From assembly GCA_047495785.1 (NCBI GenBank), contig JBLDXI010000055.1, positions 1,674,001-1,738,000 of the forward strand: 64,000 nt of DNA. Reading direction: 5' to 3'. The notes under the pieces were generated by a model, which did not search any database, was not told where the DNA came from, and was given only the letters and a program-made list of their open reading frames with translations. Each line of letters begins with the position of its first letter. The first letter of the stretch is position 1. Of this stretch, positions 62,244-64,000 are shown piece by piece. This DNA is from Lepidodermella squamata. Taxonomy: Eukaryota; Animalia; Gastrotricha. Position numbers and translations under genes: made by a program.

Positions 62244-63846
62244 TCAACAATGGCCACATCGACAGTGGCAATTTTTCGCTGCATAGCTGGTTACAGGTCG
62301 CTGATGCGTGTGATGGTAGTTGTTGCTCATGTAACGTGGTTTCGGGGCATGGCGCTGCTCCCACTCGGTCACAGCTCGGTCCTGCGAAACATAGTCCGTC
62401 TTCACAGTTTTGTTGACGCCGTATTGGTTCTTATTGGTAGGCCTAAAAAATTGCAAGGTTGCGTACATGAAACAACGATCAGCAAGTATTTTCTTACATC
62501 CATCGAGTTGGTGGACGCCATTGTCGAAGAAGAACGTTGAGAGGCGTCTGAGTAGTCGACTCAGATCTGTGAACATTCTCTACACGGCACGGGCTGTAAG
62601 ATCGTTGATCTGTCGATAAAACGTTAATAAAAGAAAATGAACAAAGATTTTGTAGCTTGACATACTTAAAATAATGCGACTGTGTTCCGTTATTTGGTCA
62701 GCCACCTTACGGCTGAGAGGGTCATTTTCTATGATGGGTACTTCGTAACACTCGCCGTACTGTTCATCGCATATGAGTTGTGAAGCTCGCGGCATATTGC
62801 TGGCACTTCGCGATCGCCTCAGGCCGATCATTCTAGGCGATGAGGGCGGCGAACGCGGCCGACTTGGAAGAGGAGGCATCGGTCGGTGTTGCTTTGGCGG
62901 CAAGATGACTGGAGCTGGGCGACCGGAGACCCACGGCGGCGGTAGCTGCTGGTACCACCATTTCCACCACCACGGCCAATTCGAATACAGCTTCTTGTAA
63001 TAATTGCTGCAAAAATACGGGTTGTTGTGGCCGACGGGAGAACACCCACCGTCGCCGCACGTCGGCCAGCCGTTACACTCGGCGAAGCAGTCGCCCTCGT
63101 GGTTACATCTTATGACCGTTTCCGGGCAATGCTTGTCGTTGCACAGCGATTGGCGGGCTTCGAACGGCAGTTTCAGCTCGAAAACAACCCGGTCGTAGAG
63201 ACTAGCCGGGATCCAGATAGCGGCGCCCGGTTGCAACCGTTCTGTCGGCCCGTCGAAGTAATTGACCAATAAATCTGTTGTTTGCATGTGGCAATTGCCA
63301 CCTCGCTGTTCCGAACCTTGCAAAACGGTAGCTGGGGCATAGCGACCATCGCCGACAAAGCTGAGAACATTGTCGCCCGGAACTATCGGGTGCCGGAATG
63401 CCTCCGCGAAAGAAATGATGTCGAAGACCCAGACTTCTTGTAAATTGGAACTACGAGCTCGGCCGCGGCTGCCCTGGTCGAAGAGGACGAGGAAGCGATC
63501 GCGAGAGATTTCCTGTTTCACTGTCGCCAAATGGTAATAGCCATCCTCAACACGACGAGCCAGAACTTTACGAATCATTAAATTATTTATCAGTCCAATA
63601 TTTTCAATTTTTCAACTCACCAGTTTTGCCGATTAGAGGATTTGTACAGCAGTTGGTTTCGTCAGGCAAGGGAATGTGAGTACACGGTGCGGCGAAGGGC
63701 CCGACTGGGCGGGGGTGAGGGCCGGGTGGGTGTGGCACCGGGTGACACTGATCTGCGGTGTCATAATGCCGCCACCAATAAGGATCGTACCAACTCAGCC
63801 ATGGCAATGCACCGGGCAGAGCAGCTCCAGCTTGGCAAAAGGCCAT
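62244..63846 (-). CDS. DUF4537 (C11orf16/VWA3B C-terminal-like) protein, 3 exons
   Basis: GKTVLARRVEDGYYHLATV, PIVPGDNVL..RYAPATVLQGSE, LLVNYFDG..AIWIPASLYDRVV. Confidence 0.72.
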
Positions 63847-64000
63847 ATTATTGTGAAATAAAAACCTAATAGAAATCGAAATAATTTTATATAAACCGAA
63901 ATTGCAAGGCGAATCAACGGCAAGCATTCAAAAGTAGAATAACAATCAGCAATATCATTTCTAAAGGAAAATATTCTCAGCAGTATTGAGGCACCGAGTT

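Noticed and set aside
1-64000. Prokaryotic features (CRISPR arrays, bacterial operons, defence systems)
   Set aside because: Spliceosomal introns and metazoan genes throughout; no repeat-spacer array seen.

Overview
Gene-dense eukaryotic (metazoan) genomic DNA with tiny introns, mostly about 40-60 nt. No rRNA, tRNA, CRISPR or intact transposon was recognised. About 23 protein-coding genes can be assembled by eye: NCKAP1 (5'-truncated), TMEM144, a NEK-type kinase fused to a hillarin/KY transglutaminase-like region, DDX51, NUS1, FBXO22, SENP8, RNase H1, POLR3H, TRPC4AP, a Crypton-derived DUF3504 gene, VPS13A/C, a talin, Brachyury, a solo copia-protease-derived gene, PSMA1, CHMP2B, UNC50, a non-catalytic neuroligin-like esterase, lebercilin, an orphan secreted precursor and a DUF4537 gene. 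Most striking: (1) a re-engineered 1,623-aa talin in which R2 and R4-R12 appear absent and the mechanosensitive R3 bundle appears amplified five times with polyproline linkers; (2) co-oriented gene runs spaced 96-263 nt apart, each ATG preceded by an apparently unpaired 3' splice acceptor, the signature of SL trans-spliced operons, one of which groups three cullin-ligase/NEDD8 regulators; (3) the NEK-kinase/pseudo-transglutaminase fusion; (4) two apparently domesticated, catalytically dead transposon enzymes; (5) an unexplained 113-nt four-way-junction RNA-like structure. All family calls come from remembered motifs, not database searches. Exon boundaries are manual GT/GC-AG predictions, and the species cannot be determined from this window.
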